NCBI GenBank assembly: GCA_963707985.1
Contig: CAVPRW010000005.1
Span: 1 to 64,000, forward strand
DNA length: 64,000 nt
Reading direction: 5' to 3'
Source: an uncultured Nitrospinota bacterium
GTDB taxonomy: Bacteria > Tectomicrobia > Entotheonellia > J063 > CAVPRW01
The translations under genes were made by a program, and so were the position numbers. Shown piece after piece: positions 1 through 10,372 of this stretch (positions within the stretch are counted from its first letter, which is position 1; each line of letters begins with the position of its first letter). The notes below the pieces were generated by a model. The model saw only the letters and a list, made by a program, of their open reading frames with translations, made no database searches and was not told the DNA's origin.

Positions 1-9
1 GCGTTAGAC
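1..9 (+). repeat. 3' end (R' core GTTAGAC) of an attC cut by the window edge
   Basis: GCGTTAGAC; GTTAGAC (3-9) is the exact reverse complement of GTCTAAC (1127-1133). Confidence 0.7.
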
Positions 10-26
10 AGACTAGCTAAGGCGCA

Positions 27-1136
27 ATGGGTATGGGCACGGACCATCAACCATCACCACTCGGCCCTTTGATAGCATTTGCCGGAGGGGCTGTGCGGAT
101 GTTCACCCTGACACTTCGAAACATGTCCGTACCTGATCTGCTTCTGTTCGCTGTGTGCTGTTGCTCGGGCGGTTTCGCCTACATTCTATGGGCTAACGGT
201 CTACGGGCTGAGGCCACCGCCACCCTTATTGCCATTGCATTCCTCCGCGTCCTTTCTATCGAAGGACGCTATATTTCCGTCCGAAGGGCTGTACGACTTC
301 GAAAATCCGCGGGCTTTGCTTTGGCTGCGGTCAGTGTCCTCTTGTTGATGCCAGATGAACCCGCGTTCTATCTTCAGTTCTGGTTCAACCTCTACATCGC
401 CGCCCTCTATATACCACTATGGTTCGCATGGGGCGTCTGGCTAGCCTGTGAACACTGGAATTTGGCCACGTTATCAGAGAGAAGACTGGCCGAACTCATC
501 AAGAAGCACATTGCTGACGCTGGGACACTGCCGCCTCAGACACGGCTCGTAGTAACCGTCGCGCGAGAATCGGAGGTTAAGGCGGTGCCAGGCCTAGGAA
601 CGGGCGCGCCAGGACCTGTCTACGTGCCGGAGTACATTGAGGTCCACGGTTCAACGGTCGATCTGAGGCGCTGGCTATTGGCGAGTGCGAGTCTGCCGTT
701 CGGTATTCTTCCGCATCTTCAGCACGGCGAAGACGTTTATGTCGACGGTGGTGTCGTGGACAATGCGCCGATTCTGCCGGCGCTCGAGGCGGGATGCCGT
801 GACATCGTGGTAGTCCACACAAATGCCAACGGGGTCGTGAACGGCCAACAAATAACACAGCATTCCGGCCTTACCGCGCACGTCTCAAGGTGTCTGCGGT
901 TGCGTGCCGCCGGTGTCGGCCAGTCGTTCCAGTTTCCAGCCGTTCAGTACGCCCCCCCGCTGGAGACGCGTCACTTCGAAGCTCGTGTGGTTCACATCTG
1001 CCCCTCGGCGCCCCCAGGTTCGCTGCTCCGATCGTTGCTGTTCGGCGGACGGAGGTTGGCACAACAGCTTGATGAACTTGGATACCGTGATGCCTTGGCC
1101 GCGCTCAAGCAGCTTGGCATAAAACCGTCTAACTAA
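27..1136 (+). CDS. Patatin-like phospholipase with membrane-spanning N-terminal half (cassette 1)
   Basis: LLASASLP...YVDGGVVDNAPI patatin motif; hydrophobic helices; stop codon inside attC; no GxSxG visible. Confidence 0.7.
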   Translation: MGMGTDHQPSPLGPLIAFAGGAVRMFTLTLRNMSVPDLLLFAVCCCSGGFAYILWANGLRAEATATLIAIAFLRVLSIEGRYISVRRAVRLRKSAGFALAAVSVLLLMPDEPAFYLQFWFNLYIAALYIPLWFAWGVWLACEHWNLATLSERRLAELIKKHIADAGTLPPQTRLVVTVARESEVKAVPGLGTGAPGPVYVPEYIEVHGSTVDLRRWLLASASLPFGILPHLQHGEDVYVDGGVVDNAPILPALEAGCRDIVVVHTNANGVVNGQQITQHSGLTAHVSRCLRLRAAGVGQSFQFPAVQYAPPLETRHFEARVVHICPSAPPGSLLRSLLFGGRRLAQQLDELGYRDALAALKQLGIKPSN

Positions 1137-1208
1137 GGCATGGAGCCGACTGCCTCCAGCGTCCGCTGCGCTCCCGCTTCCGGCAGCGGCTCATGCCCGG
1201 CGTTGGCC
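1127..1208 (+). repeat. attC site 1 (82 bp)
   Basis: GTCTAAC...GGCATGGAGCCG / CGGCTCATGCC (one extra-helical G)...GTTGGCC. Confidence 0.9.
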
Positions 1209-1506
1209 GACCGACGCACGTAGGAAACTGGTGCTACACCCGGCGCGTGAAACCGGACCATCGAAGGAGGTCAGTCATGAGATCTCACAGGCTGCGTAGG
1301 TTGATCGTTGTCCTTCTCGACGCGCTCATTATCGGCGCGCCATGGCCCAGCTTGGCTCAGCAACCGATCCGGATTGGCGCCACGATGTCGCTCACCGGGA
1401 AACAGTATTCATTGCAGGGCGGTTACGGCCGGGAGGGATACCTTCTCTGCGAGAAGCATGTGAATGCGCAAGGTGGAGTTCTTGGACGCCCAATCCAGTT
1501 CGTCAT

Positions 1507-3542
1507 AAGGCAGTTGAAGAACTCGAGACCCCAGGCTAGCGGCCCTCTTGAGCAAGGGGGGATGTCCGCCCGGGCGGAAATTCGGCATCATCGCAGCTCC
1601 CACCAAAAACTTCGCCCGTTTTTGAGGAGGAGCCACGATGAGCCGAACGAAACTTCCGTTGCCCCAGGAGCGCATCGCCCCCTTTGACCTGGAGGCCTTT
1701 GTGAACGAGGCTACCATACTGAACCAGCGTACCTTAGAGGCCTTCACCACGCCTTTCCCCAAGGGCCCCGACCGCTGGCTATCCCACGACCAATTCAAGC
1801 CTCGCCCGATCGAATTCACGGCGGAGGGCGAGGTCGAGGGGGGACTCAGTTGGCTGATCGGTGCGACGATCGATTTGAGCTTCACTCGCGCCCTCTTGGC
1901 CCCCTACTATTCGAAAGAAGGCGGTCACTGCGATGATCCCGCCAGCGCCTTTTTCCTCGAGTTGGCCAGCCGGGTCGATCGCTACTCCGACTATGCCCGC
2001 TTTTGTGCCGATCTACGCCAGCAGGACAAGGGCCGCCGCTCTCGCGAGCTGGCCGGGCTGCACGAGGCCATTCCGGGCGAGGACGATTTGAGCCACTTCC
2101 GCCGCCGCGTGGGGGCCGAGGCCATCGAGGCGGCCCTGGCCGTCTTCGTAGGCCTCTTCCAAGCATTTGGCCTCATCACCGGCGAACTGCTCTCCACGGA
2201 TGGTCAGCTGGAGCCCTCCTACTCCCGGTTCAAGGGCTGTGCCTACTGCTGTCAGGCCTGCCAGCAGCTCCCCTTGGATGAAGCCAGCCGCGACGAGCTC
2301 GCCCGACAGCTGCAGGCCGGGGCGAAACGGCTCGAACTCCGCTGCCCCTTCCCCGAGGTGGTCAAAAAAGTCCTCCACGCGACCACCAGGAAGGGCAAAC
2401 CCCGCGAGCCCAAAGTGGTCCTCCTGGAGATCGAGTATGAGCCGGCGGATAGCGCAAAGACTGCCGGACACCAGCAGCTCGCCGAGCTGCTCTCCCTGCC
2501 CACCGACCACCTCCCGCCCCTGCGCATCAAGTGGTCCCACCTCAGCCGGGGCCCTCAGGGAGAGCTCTGGGGGAGGTGCCCCAAGGTTCCCTCCGATCTG
2601 GAGGCCAACGTCGGCTACCACATCGACACCAAGGCCCCGCCCAAGACCGAGCGCATCTTCGGCTACTTGCACCAAACGACCACGAATATTGATGTAGAAC
2701 TCGGCTTGGAGTTGCCTGTGGGCCACTCGACGTATCCGGCCAATGCCCATGAGGGCAGCCACTTCCAGACGCATCGCGCCAAGGTCGCCATCCCCTTCCG
2801 GCCCCAGCAGATCGAACTGGCGGATTCCGGCGACGACGCGGTCGAGAACGACCACGGGATCCGGGGCCGGGGAGGCATCCCCATCATCGCGTATCACCCC
2901 CGGCGTGAAGACCTCTCCCCGGAGGCGCTCCTGGCACGAGGTTATGATGCGAACGGCACCCCCTATGCGCCCTGTGGGAGGCCCTGCCGATCCAACGGGT
3001 ATGATTATCAATCCGACAGCCGCCAGTATGTCTGCGGCCGGCCGTGTCCCGAGCCGGAACGGGAGCGGTGTCCGCACGGGCAGAAGGTTCGGGGCTATAC
3101 GCACCGAATGTCCTTCACCGAGTACCCACGCTTGATTGGCCCCATGCAGCGGGGGACCGAAGCCTGGAAGATCCGCTATGCCGCTCGTACCGCCAGCGAG
3201 CGGACCAACAGTTACGACCAAGAGGTCATCGACCATGGACACCCTCCGAAGTTGCGAGGGCTGAAAGCCTTTCGCTTCGCAGGGGCCATGCGCACCGTGG
3301 CCCACTTGCGGCGCCGAGCCTTACAGTTCGTCTTGGATGTCACCTATACCCTAGGCAAGCTCCCATTGGCAAGGGCCTGAAGCCAAGCCCTGCTCTTTGA
3401 ACGCCCGCTCTCTATTCCTCCGACTAGAAGCCCCTTTTAGGGGTTGAAGAGGTGGTTTGTCCAAATCCATTCACGAACAACAAACGGGTCTTACACCTGG
3501 TCCCAATTTCATTGCTGGGCAAGTTAGTTCTTCAACTGCCTT
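1507..3542 (+). mobile_element. Insertion sequence (~2.04 kb, IS1182/IS5/IS4-like DDE element)
   Basis: Perfect TIRs AAGGCAGTTGAAGAACT (1507-1523 / 3526-3542); direct repeat AGTTCGTCAT at 1497-1506 and 3543-3552 (or 18-bp TIR with 8-bp TSD). Confidence 0.95.
1638..3380 (+). CDS. DDE transposase, 580 aa
   Basis: Inside the TIRs; LSHFRRR, STDG, LADSG and RTASERTNS motifs; Cys-rich inserts. Confidence 0.85.
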   Translation: MSRTKLPLPQERIAPFDLEAFVNEATILNQRTLEAFTTPFPKGPDRWLSHDQFKPRPIEFTAEGEVEGGLSWLIGATIDLSFTRALLAPYYSKEGGHCDDPASAFFLELASRVDRYSDYARFCADLRQQDKGRRSRELAGLHEAIPGEDDLSHFRRRVGAEAIEAALAVFVGLFQAFGLITGELLSTDGQLEPSYSRFKGCAYCCQACQQLPLDEASRDELARQLQAGAKRLELRCPFPEVVKKVLHATTRKGKPREPKVVLLEIEYEPADSAKTAGHQQLAELLSLPTDHLPPLRIKWSHLSRGPQGELWGRCPKVPSDLEANVGYHIDTKAPPKTERIFGYLHQTTTNIDVELGLELPVGHSTYPANAHEGSHFQTHRAKVAIPFRPQQIELADSGDDAVENDHGIRGRGGIPIIAYHPRREDLSPEALLARGYDANGTPYAPCGRPCRSNGYDYQSDSRQYVCGRPCPEPERERCPHGQKVRGYTHRMSFTEYPRLIGPMQRGTEAWKIRYAARTASERTNSYDQEVIDHGHPPKLRGLKAFRFAGAMRTVAHLRRRALQFVLDVTYTLGKLPLARA

Positions 3543-4593
3543 AGTTCGTCATTTATGACGACGAATCTGATGAAAAGACAGCTGCCCGCCTCTACGAGAA
3601 GCTGATCGTGGAGGATAAGGTCGATGCGGTGCTCGGTCCGTATGGGACAGCGATCACCGAGGCCGTGGCCGATGTCCCCGAGAAGCACCGGAAAGTGATG
3701 GTCGCGGCGAATGCGGCGACGAGTTCGATCTGGGAGAAGGGGCGGCGCTACCTCATCATGGTGCTTGCGCCCATAGATTCTGCCGCTGTGGGCGTGATTG
3801 ATACGGCGGCTCGCAATGGCCTTCGCACCGTGGCCATACTGAATCAAGACGCGCTTCTCCCGAAGGCGGTGGCGAAGGGGACCAGTGAGGTGGCGAAGAA
3901 CAAGGGCCTGACCGTCATTTCTTCCGAAACGTATCCGGATGGCACGACCGACTTTTCCGGCATTCTGAACAAACTTAAGGCAGCCAAGCCCGATGTCCTC
4001 GTGGCAGCCTCTGTGCGTCTCGACGACTTGGTGGCCATCACTCACCAGATGAAGGAAGTGGACTTCAACGTCAAGATGCTGAGCAGCATGCCCTACGGTT
4101 TGCTTCCCGAATACTACAAGCGGCTTGGAAAGGAGGCGGAGTTCGTCTATAGCGCCACCTTTTGGGAGGCCACTCTTCCGAACCCCGGAAACCAGGACTT
4201 CGTTTCGGCTTACGAGAAGGAGTTCAAGCGCGCTCCCGCCGTTCAGTCGGCGAACTCTTACGCCGGGTGCCAGATCTTCGTGGAGGCAGTGCGACGGGCT
4301 GGGACCACGGATTCAGAGAGGCTTCGAGAGGCTTTGCTTGCGCTGAAAACAAAAACTATTTTGGGCGACTTCGCGGTCGATCAGCGCGGTTTTCAGGTCG
4401 GCCAGAAAGCGGTGACCATCCAGTGGCAGGACGGCAAGAAGGTGGTGGTCTGGCCGGATGAGCTGGCGTCGGAGAAGCCGCGGTTCCCGACCCCGCCATG
4501 GAGCGCGCGGTAGGAAGTCCGGCGGCGATATGCGTCCCACGTGGGCTCGTATGGTTCCGTATCGCCACGCATGCCGACTGCGACACGCCAGTC

Positions 4594-4651
4594 GGCTAAC
4601 TGCCCGATGCAGCCGACCGCAGGGAGCGGCGGCTGATCGGGAACGTTATGT
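4594..4651 (+). repeat. attC site 2 (58 bp)
   Basis: GGCTAAC...CCCGATGCAGCCG / CGGCTGATCGGG...GTTATGT. Confidence 0.9.
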
Positions 4652-4663
4652 GGAGTATCGAAA

Positions 4664-5287
4664 ATGAAGGGCAATCGTATCATTTTGGAAATGGAATTCA
4701 GCGCGCTCCGCAACTACCTGGACCATGCCTTCGAGGAGTCCGGACGGGAGATCGAGGACGTCTTTGCCAGGAATGAGGCCGGAGAGTATCCCGGAATCGA
4801 TGATCTCGATAACGCGCTGTTCTATCCAATGAGGCGGCAAGAATTGGCGTCCCGTACGATCTACTACGAGATCAATGCGTTAGTGGAGAGCGAACTTCAG
4901 TCTGCTGCCTGGGAAGCCTGGGTTGAGTCGGACAAGTTCCCTGGACCAAAGACTCTCAATTGGAGAAATATAACTCCTGAAAGTCTTCGATCTCTTCGTC
5001 AAGTGGTGGATGTTTCAGTGGGAAAGCTGATTCAATTGATAAACGAGAAGTACGGAATAAAAGTCGAGGAACTGCAAGGCTTCGAGGTACTCCGGGAAGT
5101 GCGAGAGGCGGTAAACGCTTTTAAACACACACGTAGTTACCTGGACATCAGAAGAATGGATGTTGCGAACTTGGAGTTCCCTCAGTATTACCGCGCTGAG
5201 ATAGAGAAAGCCTATGAAATCATGGATCATGCATACGCTTTCATTACGTCCTTATGGGATGCTGTAGCGAAAAAAGACCCCACATAA
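4664..5287 (+). CDS. Hypothetical 207-aa helical protein, possibly HEPN/Abi-like (cassette 3)
   Basis: Lower-GC ORF that fills the cassette exactly; LREVREAVNAFKH motif. Confidence 0.75.
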   Translation: MKGNRIILEMEFSALRNYLDHAFEESGREIEDVFARNEAGEYPGIDDLDNALFYPMRRQELASRTIYYEINALVESELQSAAWEAWVESDKFPGPKTLNWRNITPESLRSLRQVVDVSVGKLIQLINEKYGIKVEELQGFEVLREVREAVNAFKHTRSYLDIRRMDVANLEFPQYYRAEIEKAYEIMDHAYAFITSLWDAVAKKDPT

Positions 5288-5395
5288 CAATGGCTTGCAG
5301 TGGATGGGTGGGGAACGGGGCGCCTCACATGTCGTCGGCATGGGCGAAGGTAAGTGGCGGTTCGGCCACCCGCCGCTGACGCCGTCCCGTTAGGT
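5282..5395 (+). repeat. attC site 3 (114 bp)
   Basis: ACATAAC (contains the stop of the upstream ORF; complement of GTTATGT at 4645)...GTTAGGT. Confidence 0.85.
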
Positions 5396-5519
5396 GCCAA
5401 GCCCATAGAATAGGGCTGCGATGGATGACGTTTCTACGTTTCCTTCGCAAGGTCTCCAGGATATCATACGTGCCGAGACGTTCTATATCGTCTCCCATCC
5501 GTTCCAGGAGGGCGTGTCC

Positions 5520-8500
5520 ATGGATTTTTATGCGGTGCTGGATCAGGTCATGGACCTGCTGCGCCAGCGGGGACGCGTGACCTATAACGCCCTCAAGCGG
5601 CAGTTCGGCCTCGACGATGCCTGCCTGCAAGACCTGAAAGACGAGATCATTGCCGCGCAGCGCGTGGCCGTGGATGAGGGTGGCAACGTCCTGGTCTGGA
5701 CCGGCGATGTGGCGGCCTCGCCCCCGCCAGCCGCCGCACCGGTGTCGGATCGGGTACGTCAGCCAGATACCGCACCGCTGACCTACACGCCTCCCCACCT
5801 GGCCGAGCAGATCCTCACCTCCCGCGCCGCCCTGGAAGGCGAACGCAAGCAGGTCACGGTGCTGTTTGCCGACCTCAAGGGGTCCATGGAGTTGCTGGCC
5901 GAGCGCGACCCAGAGGAGGCACGGCAACTGCTCGATCCGGTGCTCGACCGCATGATGGCCGCCGTCCACCAGTATGAAGGCACCGTCAACCAGGTCATGG
6001 GCGACGGCATCATGGCCCTGTTTGGGGCGCCGCTGGCGCATGAGGACCACGCCGTGCGCGCCTGCTACGCCGCCTTGCGCATGCAGGAGGCCGTGAAGCA
6101 GTACGCTGCCGAGGTGCAGCGTAGCCATGGAGTGCCCATCCACATGCGCGTCGGGCTGAATGCTGGCGAGGTGGTGGTGCGGTCGATCGGCAGCGACCTG
6201 CACATGGACTACACGGCGGTGGGCCAGACCACGCACCTGGCGGCCCGCATGGAGCAGATGGCCATGCCGGGCGCGATCCTGATCACGCCAGCGGTGCTGG
6301 GGCTGGTCGAGGGTTTTGTGCAGGTCAAGGCGCTTGGGGCTATGCCCGTCAGGGGCTTGCGAGACCCGGTGGAGGTCTACGAGGTGACCGGGGCCGGCGT
6401 GGTGCGGTCGCGCCTGCAGGCGGCCGCAGCGCGCGGCCTCACCCTCTTCGTGGGGCGGCAGCCCGAACTGGAGACCTTGCAACAGGCCCTGGGCCAGGCG
6501 CAGGCTGGGCACGGCCAGGTGGTGGCGCTGGTGGGCGAGGCCGGGGTGGGGAAGTCGCGGCTGTTCTATGAGTTTGGCCACTCCCACCATACCCAGGGAT
6601 GGCTGGTGCTCGAAAGCGCCTCGGTGTCGTATGGCAAGGCCACGCCGTATTTCCCCGTTGTTGACCTCCTGAAGCGCTATTGCCACCTCGAGGAGCGCGA
6701 CGACCCCCGCACCATCCGGGCCAAGGTGACCGGGCAGATCCTCACCCTGGACGAGACGCTGCAGGCGACAATCCCGGCGTTGCTCGCCCTCCTGGACGCC
6801 CTGCCAGCGGACAGCCCATTCCTGACCCTCGATCCGCCCCAGCGACGCCAACGGACGCTCGACGGGCTCAAGCGCCTCCTCATACGCGAAAGCCAGGTCC
6901 AGCCGCTGCTGCTGGTCTGTGAGGACCTGCACTGGATCGATACCGAGACCCAGGCCCTCCTCGACAGCCTGGTCGAAAGCCTGCCGACGGCCCAGCTTTT
7001 GTTGCTGGTCAACTATCGGCCGGAGTATCAGCACGGCTGGGGCAGTAAGACCTACTACTGCCAGCTTCGGCTCGACCCGCTGCCGCCCGCAAGTGCGGAG
7101 GCATTCCTCCAGGCGCTGCTGGGGGATGACCTCAGCCTGGGGCCACTCAAGCCGCTCCTGATCGAACGCACCGGAGGCAATCCCTTCTTTCTGGAGGAGA
7201 GCGTGCGCACCCTGGTGGAGACGGGGATGCTCGTCGGCACGCCGGGTGCCTATCGGCTGGCGCAGCCCCTCGCCAGCCTGCAGATGCCCGCCACGGTGCA
7301 GGCGGTGCTGGCAGCACGCATCGACCGGCTGCCACCGGAGGAAAAACAGGTGCTCCAGACCGCCGCGGTGATTGGCAACGAGATCCCCTTGCCCCTGTTA
7401 CAGGCGATTGCCGAGCTGCCCGAGGCGGACCTGCATCGTGGCCTGGCCCATCTGCAGGCGGCTGAGTTTCTGTACGAGACCCGGCTGTTCCCCGAGCTGG
7501 AATACACCTTCAAGCACGCCCTCACCCATGAGGTGGCCTACGGGAGTCTGCTGCAGGAGCGACGGCGTGTGCTCCACGCCGGTATCGTGGAGGCCCTCGC
7601 GGCGGCCCTCGACGACCCACGTCGGATGGGACAGGTCTCGCTCTTCCTGTCTAACTGTTTCCGCCACCTGGGCGAGCATGACCAGGCCATCGCCGCCGCC
7701 CAGCGCGCTCTGGCGGTTGCGACGGCCGGCGGGGAGGTGGTCCAGCAGGCCCTGGCGAGCTACTACCTGGGCAGGGCCTACCACATCCAGGGCGATTATC
7801 GGCAGGCGATCGACTATCTGGGGCAGACCCTGGCATCCTTCGAGGGGGCGCGGCGCCACGAGCACTTCGGCCTCCCGTTTCTGCCTGCGGTGTCCTCACG
7901 TGCCTATCTTGCCGTGTGCCATGCCGAGCTGGGTACGTTCGCCGAGGGCAGGGCCTTTGGGGACGAAGGGCTGCGGATTGCCGAGGCGGCTACGCACCCG
8001 GTGAGCCTGATATTTGCTTGTGGGGGAATTGGGGTGCTGGCGCTCCACCAGGGTGAGCTGTCCAGGGCGCTTCCCCTGCTCGAACAGGCCGTGAGCATCT
8101 GTCGTGAGGCGAATCTCCCCGTCTATTTCCCCTGGGCGGCGGGGGCCTTAGGTTCGGCATATAGCCTCGCTGGGCGCATTACCGATGCCGTGCCGCTGCT
8201 CACGCAGGCACTGGAACAGACCTCGGCGATGGAAACAGTAGGCTTTCAGACACAATGTCGTCTCTCCCTAGGGGAAGCGCAGGTCTTGGCAGGCCGAATG
8301 GAGGAGGCACACACCCTCGCCGAGCGCACGCTGGCACTGGCTCATGAGCGCCAGGAACGGGGCCACCAGGCCTATGCCATGCGTCTCCTCGGCGAGATTG
8401 CGGCACGATGCGATCCCCCCGAGAGCACGCAGGCTGAAGCCCACTACCGCCAGGCCCTCGCCCTGGCCGAGGAACTTGGCATGCGCCCGCTGCAGGCGCA

Positions 8501-8651
8501 TTGCCGTCTGGGGCTCGGCACCCTCTACACCCAGACCGGCCAGCGGCAGCAGGCGCAGGCCGAGTTGTCCGCCGCCATCGACCTCTACCGGGCCATGGAG
8601 ATGACCCTCTGGCTGCCCCAGGCTGAAGCCACCCTGGCGCAGGTCGCATGA
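5520..8651 (+). CDS. Class III adenylate/guanylate cyclase + AAA_16 (STAND) ATPase + TPR protein (cassette 4)
   Basis: GERKQVTVLFADLKGS, MGDGIMALFGAP, Walker A GEAGVGKS, Walker B EDLHW, TPR tail; GGAGG upstream of ATG 5520. Confidence 0.92.
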   Translation: MDFYAVLDQVMDLLRQRGRVTYNALKRQFGLDDACLQDLKDEIIAAQRVAVDEGGNVLVWTGDVAASPPPAAAPVSDRVRQPDTAPLTYTPPHLAEQILTSRAALEGERKQVTVLFADLKGSMELLAERDPEEARQLLDPVLDRMMAAVHQYEGTVNQVMGDGIMALFGAPLAHEDHAVRACYAALRMQEAVKQYAAEVQRSHGVPIHMRVGLNAGEVVVRSIGSDLHMDYTAVGQTTHLAARMEQMAMPGAILITPAVLGLVEGFVQVKALGAMPVRGLRDPVEVYEVTGAGVVRSRLQAAAARGLTLFVGRQPELETLQQALGQAQAGHGQVVALVGEAGVGKSRLFYEFGHSHHTQGWLVLESASVSYGKATPYFPVVDLLKRYCHLEERDDPRTIRAKVTGQILTLDETLQATIPALLALLDALPADSPFLTLDPPQRRQRTLDGLKRLLIRESQVQPLLLVCEDLHWIDTETQALLDSLVESLPTAQLLLLVNYRPEYQHGWGSKTYYCQLRLDPLPPASAEAFLQALLGDDLSLGPLKPLLIERTGGNPFFLEESVRTLVETGMLVGTPGAYRLAQPLASLQMPATVQAVLAARIDRLPPEEKQVLQTAAVIGNEIPLPLLQAIAELPEADLHRGLAHLQAAEFLYETRLFPELEYTFKHALTHEVAYGSLLQERRRVLHAGIVEALAAALDDPRRMGQVSLFLSNCFRHLGEHDQAIAAAQRALAVATAGGEVVQQALASYYLGRAYHIQGDYRQAIDYLGQTLASFEGARRHEHFGLPFLPAVSSRAYLAVCHAELGTFAEGRAFGDEGLRIAEAATHPVSLIFACGGIGVLALHQGELSRALPLLEQAVSICREANLPVYFPWAAGALGSAYSLAGRITDAVPLLTQALEQTSAMETVGFQTQCRLSLGEAQVLAGRMEEAHTLAERTLALAHERQERGHQAYAMRLLGEIAARCDPPESTQAEAHYRQALALAEELGMRPLQAHCRLGLGTLYTQTGQRQQAQAELSAAIDLYRAMEMTLWLPQAEATLAQVA

Positions 8652-8732
8652 AGATGCGGTGCCGAGCCCCCAGGGCGAGGTTGCCGCTCGTAGGAAGGTG
8701 GGGGAAAGCATCTGGGTTGATGCCAGCACCGC

Positions 8733-8829
8733 ACCTAACAACCCAGTGGAGCGGACGGCCCACAGCGCAGGCTCGGTTTCTAGGCGTAGCTTCGTACCTG
8801 TGGGCCGCCGCTCACCGGCAGCGTTAGGC
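8733..8829 (+). repeat. attC site 4 (97 bp)
   Basis: GCACCTAAC complements GTTAGGTGC at 5389; GTGGAGCGG/CCGCTCAC arms; ends GTTAGGC. Confidence 0.9.
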
Positions 8830-9037
8830 GGCACAAAGCACAATTCAATGGGAGAGAGAAGCTGTAAGAGAGGAAGTGGGATGGTACCGTTTTTCCCGCT
8901 CGCTTGCACGTGGCTCCGGTACAATGTCCGTTGTTCCCCCCCGTAGCATCCCGCTTCATGAGGTCACGAGGACCGGTGCTGAGGCTTCGCGGGCAGGTGT
9001 CCGAGAAGCCGTGAACCAAGCAGGAGAGGAGGCGAGG

Positions 9038-10372
9038 ATGCAGACACGGCGTGAGGTCTTGCGACAGGTTGGGACGATGGCGATACTGGGGGCGACCGCC
9101 CCCTGGTGGCTGGTGCGCCGGGCCCACGCGGCACGCCGCGAAAAATTGATTGTATGGATGCCCGTCACCCAGCCGCCGCAGGTGGAGACGCTCCTCAAAG
9201 AACAGTGTTACGCCTACGCCAAACAAGCCGGGATCCCGGAGGACGAGATCGAGTACTCCCGCATCGACACCCGCCAGTGGCAGTCGAAGCTGGTGGCGGC
9301 GCTGGACGCGGGGAGCCCGCCGGATGTCACCCTACCCGCGGAAAAGGACCATTTCAGCGGGGCCCAGGCCGCGCGCTTCCGCGGCCCGCAACACTTGCTG
9401 GACGTGACCGATCTCGTCGAGACACTCCAGCGCACCGCCGGGGGCTTCTTTCCGACCGCGCTCCAGGCCGTCATGTTCCATGGAAAGGCCTACGGCGTCC
9501 CCCAGGCCGTGAGCCCCTGGCCGCTCATCGCCCGCCTGGATCTCCTGGAGGCCGCCAAGGTCGATCCTCCCGCGACCTGGGACGCGTTCATCGAGGTGTG
9601 CCAGCGGGTGCAGCACCCGCCCCAGCTCACCGGCTACGGCATGTGCCTGGGTCTGACCACGGATGCCGATTACAACATCATGCAGATGATTTGGAGCGAC
9701 GGCGGGGGACTCGTGGAGGCCGACGAGAAAACTGTTGCCCTCCATTCCTCAAGCACGATCCGGGCGGTCAAGCGGATGGCCGAGATGTATCAGATCCACA
9801 AGATTATTCCCGAAGCCGCGCTCTCCTGGGATAATCAGGGGAACAATAAGGCCTATCAGGCACGTCAGGTGCTCTTCGTCCTGAACCCGAGCGGCCTCTA
9901 CGCCAGCCTGGCGGGGTCAGACAAGGATCTCCAGCAGGTGAGCGGGATGCTCCCCGTGCCGGTGGGCTTCGCCGGGGCAAGCGAGGCCCTGAGCACGAAT
10001 GAGTGGCTGCTCTTCAAGCACAACCCGTACCCCGAGGTGGCCAAAGGGCTGGTCCAGTACTACATGGAGCCGGAGCACCTGCGGGGGGTGATGGAGGCGG
10101 GGGGCGGGCGCTGGGGACCGCCATACCCAGGGATGTACACCAGCGACTTCTGGCAGCAGCCCGCGTTTGCGCATTGGCGCGCCATGCTAGGCCGGGGACG
10201 CCCGTTCGCCGCGCCGGGGCCCATGACCGCTGCGGCGGCGGAGGTGCTGTCGACCAACCTCCTGGCCCGTATGATGCACCGAGTACTGGTCGACCACTGG
10301 GAGGCCGAGAAGGCCGTTGAGGACGCCCACCGACAGGCGGTGGAGATCTACGCCCGGTATCCCGAGGGATAA
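9038..10372 (+). CDS. Tat-exported family-1 (sugar-type) solute-binding protein (cassette 5)
   Basis: MQTRREVL twin-Arg leader, AGSPPDV, YGVP, PPATWD motifs. Confidence 0.85.
   Translation: MQTRREVLRQVGTMAILGATAPWWLVRRAHAARREKLIVWMPVTQPPQVETLLKEQCYAYAKQAGIPEDEIEYSRIDTRQWQSKLVAALDAGSPPDVTLPAEKDHFSGAQAARFRGPQHLLDVTDLVETLQRTAGGFFPTALQAVMFHGKAYGVPQAVSPWPLIARLDLLEAAKVDPPATWDAFIEVCQRVQHPPQLTGYGMCLGLTTDADYNIMQMIWSDGGGLVEADEKTVALHSSSTIRAVKRMAEMYQIHKIIPEAALSWDNQGNNKAYQARQVLFVLNPSGLYASLAGSDKDLQQVSGMLPVPVGFAGASEALSTNEWLLFKHNPYPEVAKGLVQYYMEPEHLRGVMEAGGGRWGPPYPGMYTSDFWQQPAFAHWRAMLGRGRPFAAPGPMTAAAAEVLSTNLLARMMHRVLVDHWEAEKAVEDAHRQAVEIYARYPEG

Larger units (their letters stand above)
1277..4513 (+). pseudogene. 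Branched-chain amino-acid ABC substrate-binding protein (LivJ-like), split by an IS (cassette 2)
   Basis: GGAGG RBS, signal peptide, IRIGATMSLTG; removing the IS and one target copy restores in-frame GRPIQFVIYDDESD into ORF 3608-4513. Confidence 0.9.

Noticed and set aside
5325..7034. 569-aa minus-strand ORF and similar long antisense ORFs (2013-3305, 46533-47624)
   Set aside because: Shadows of well-supported GC-rich genes on the opposite strand; no motifs.
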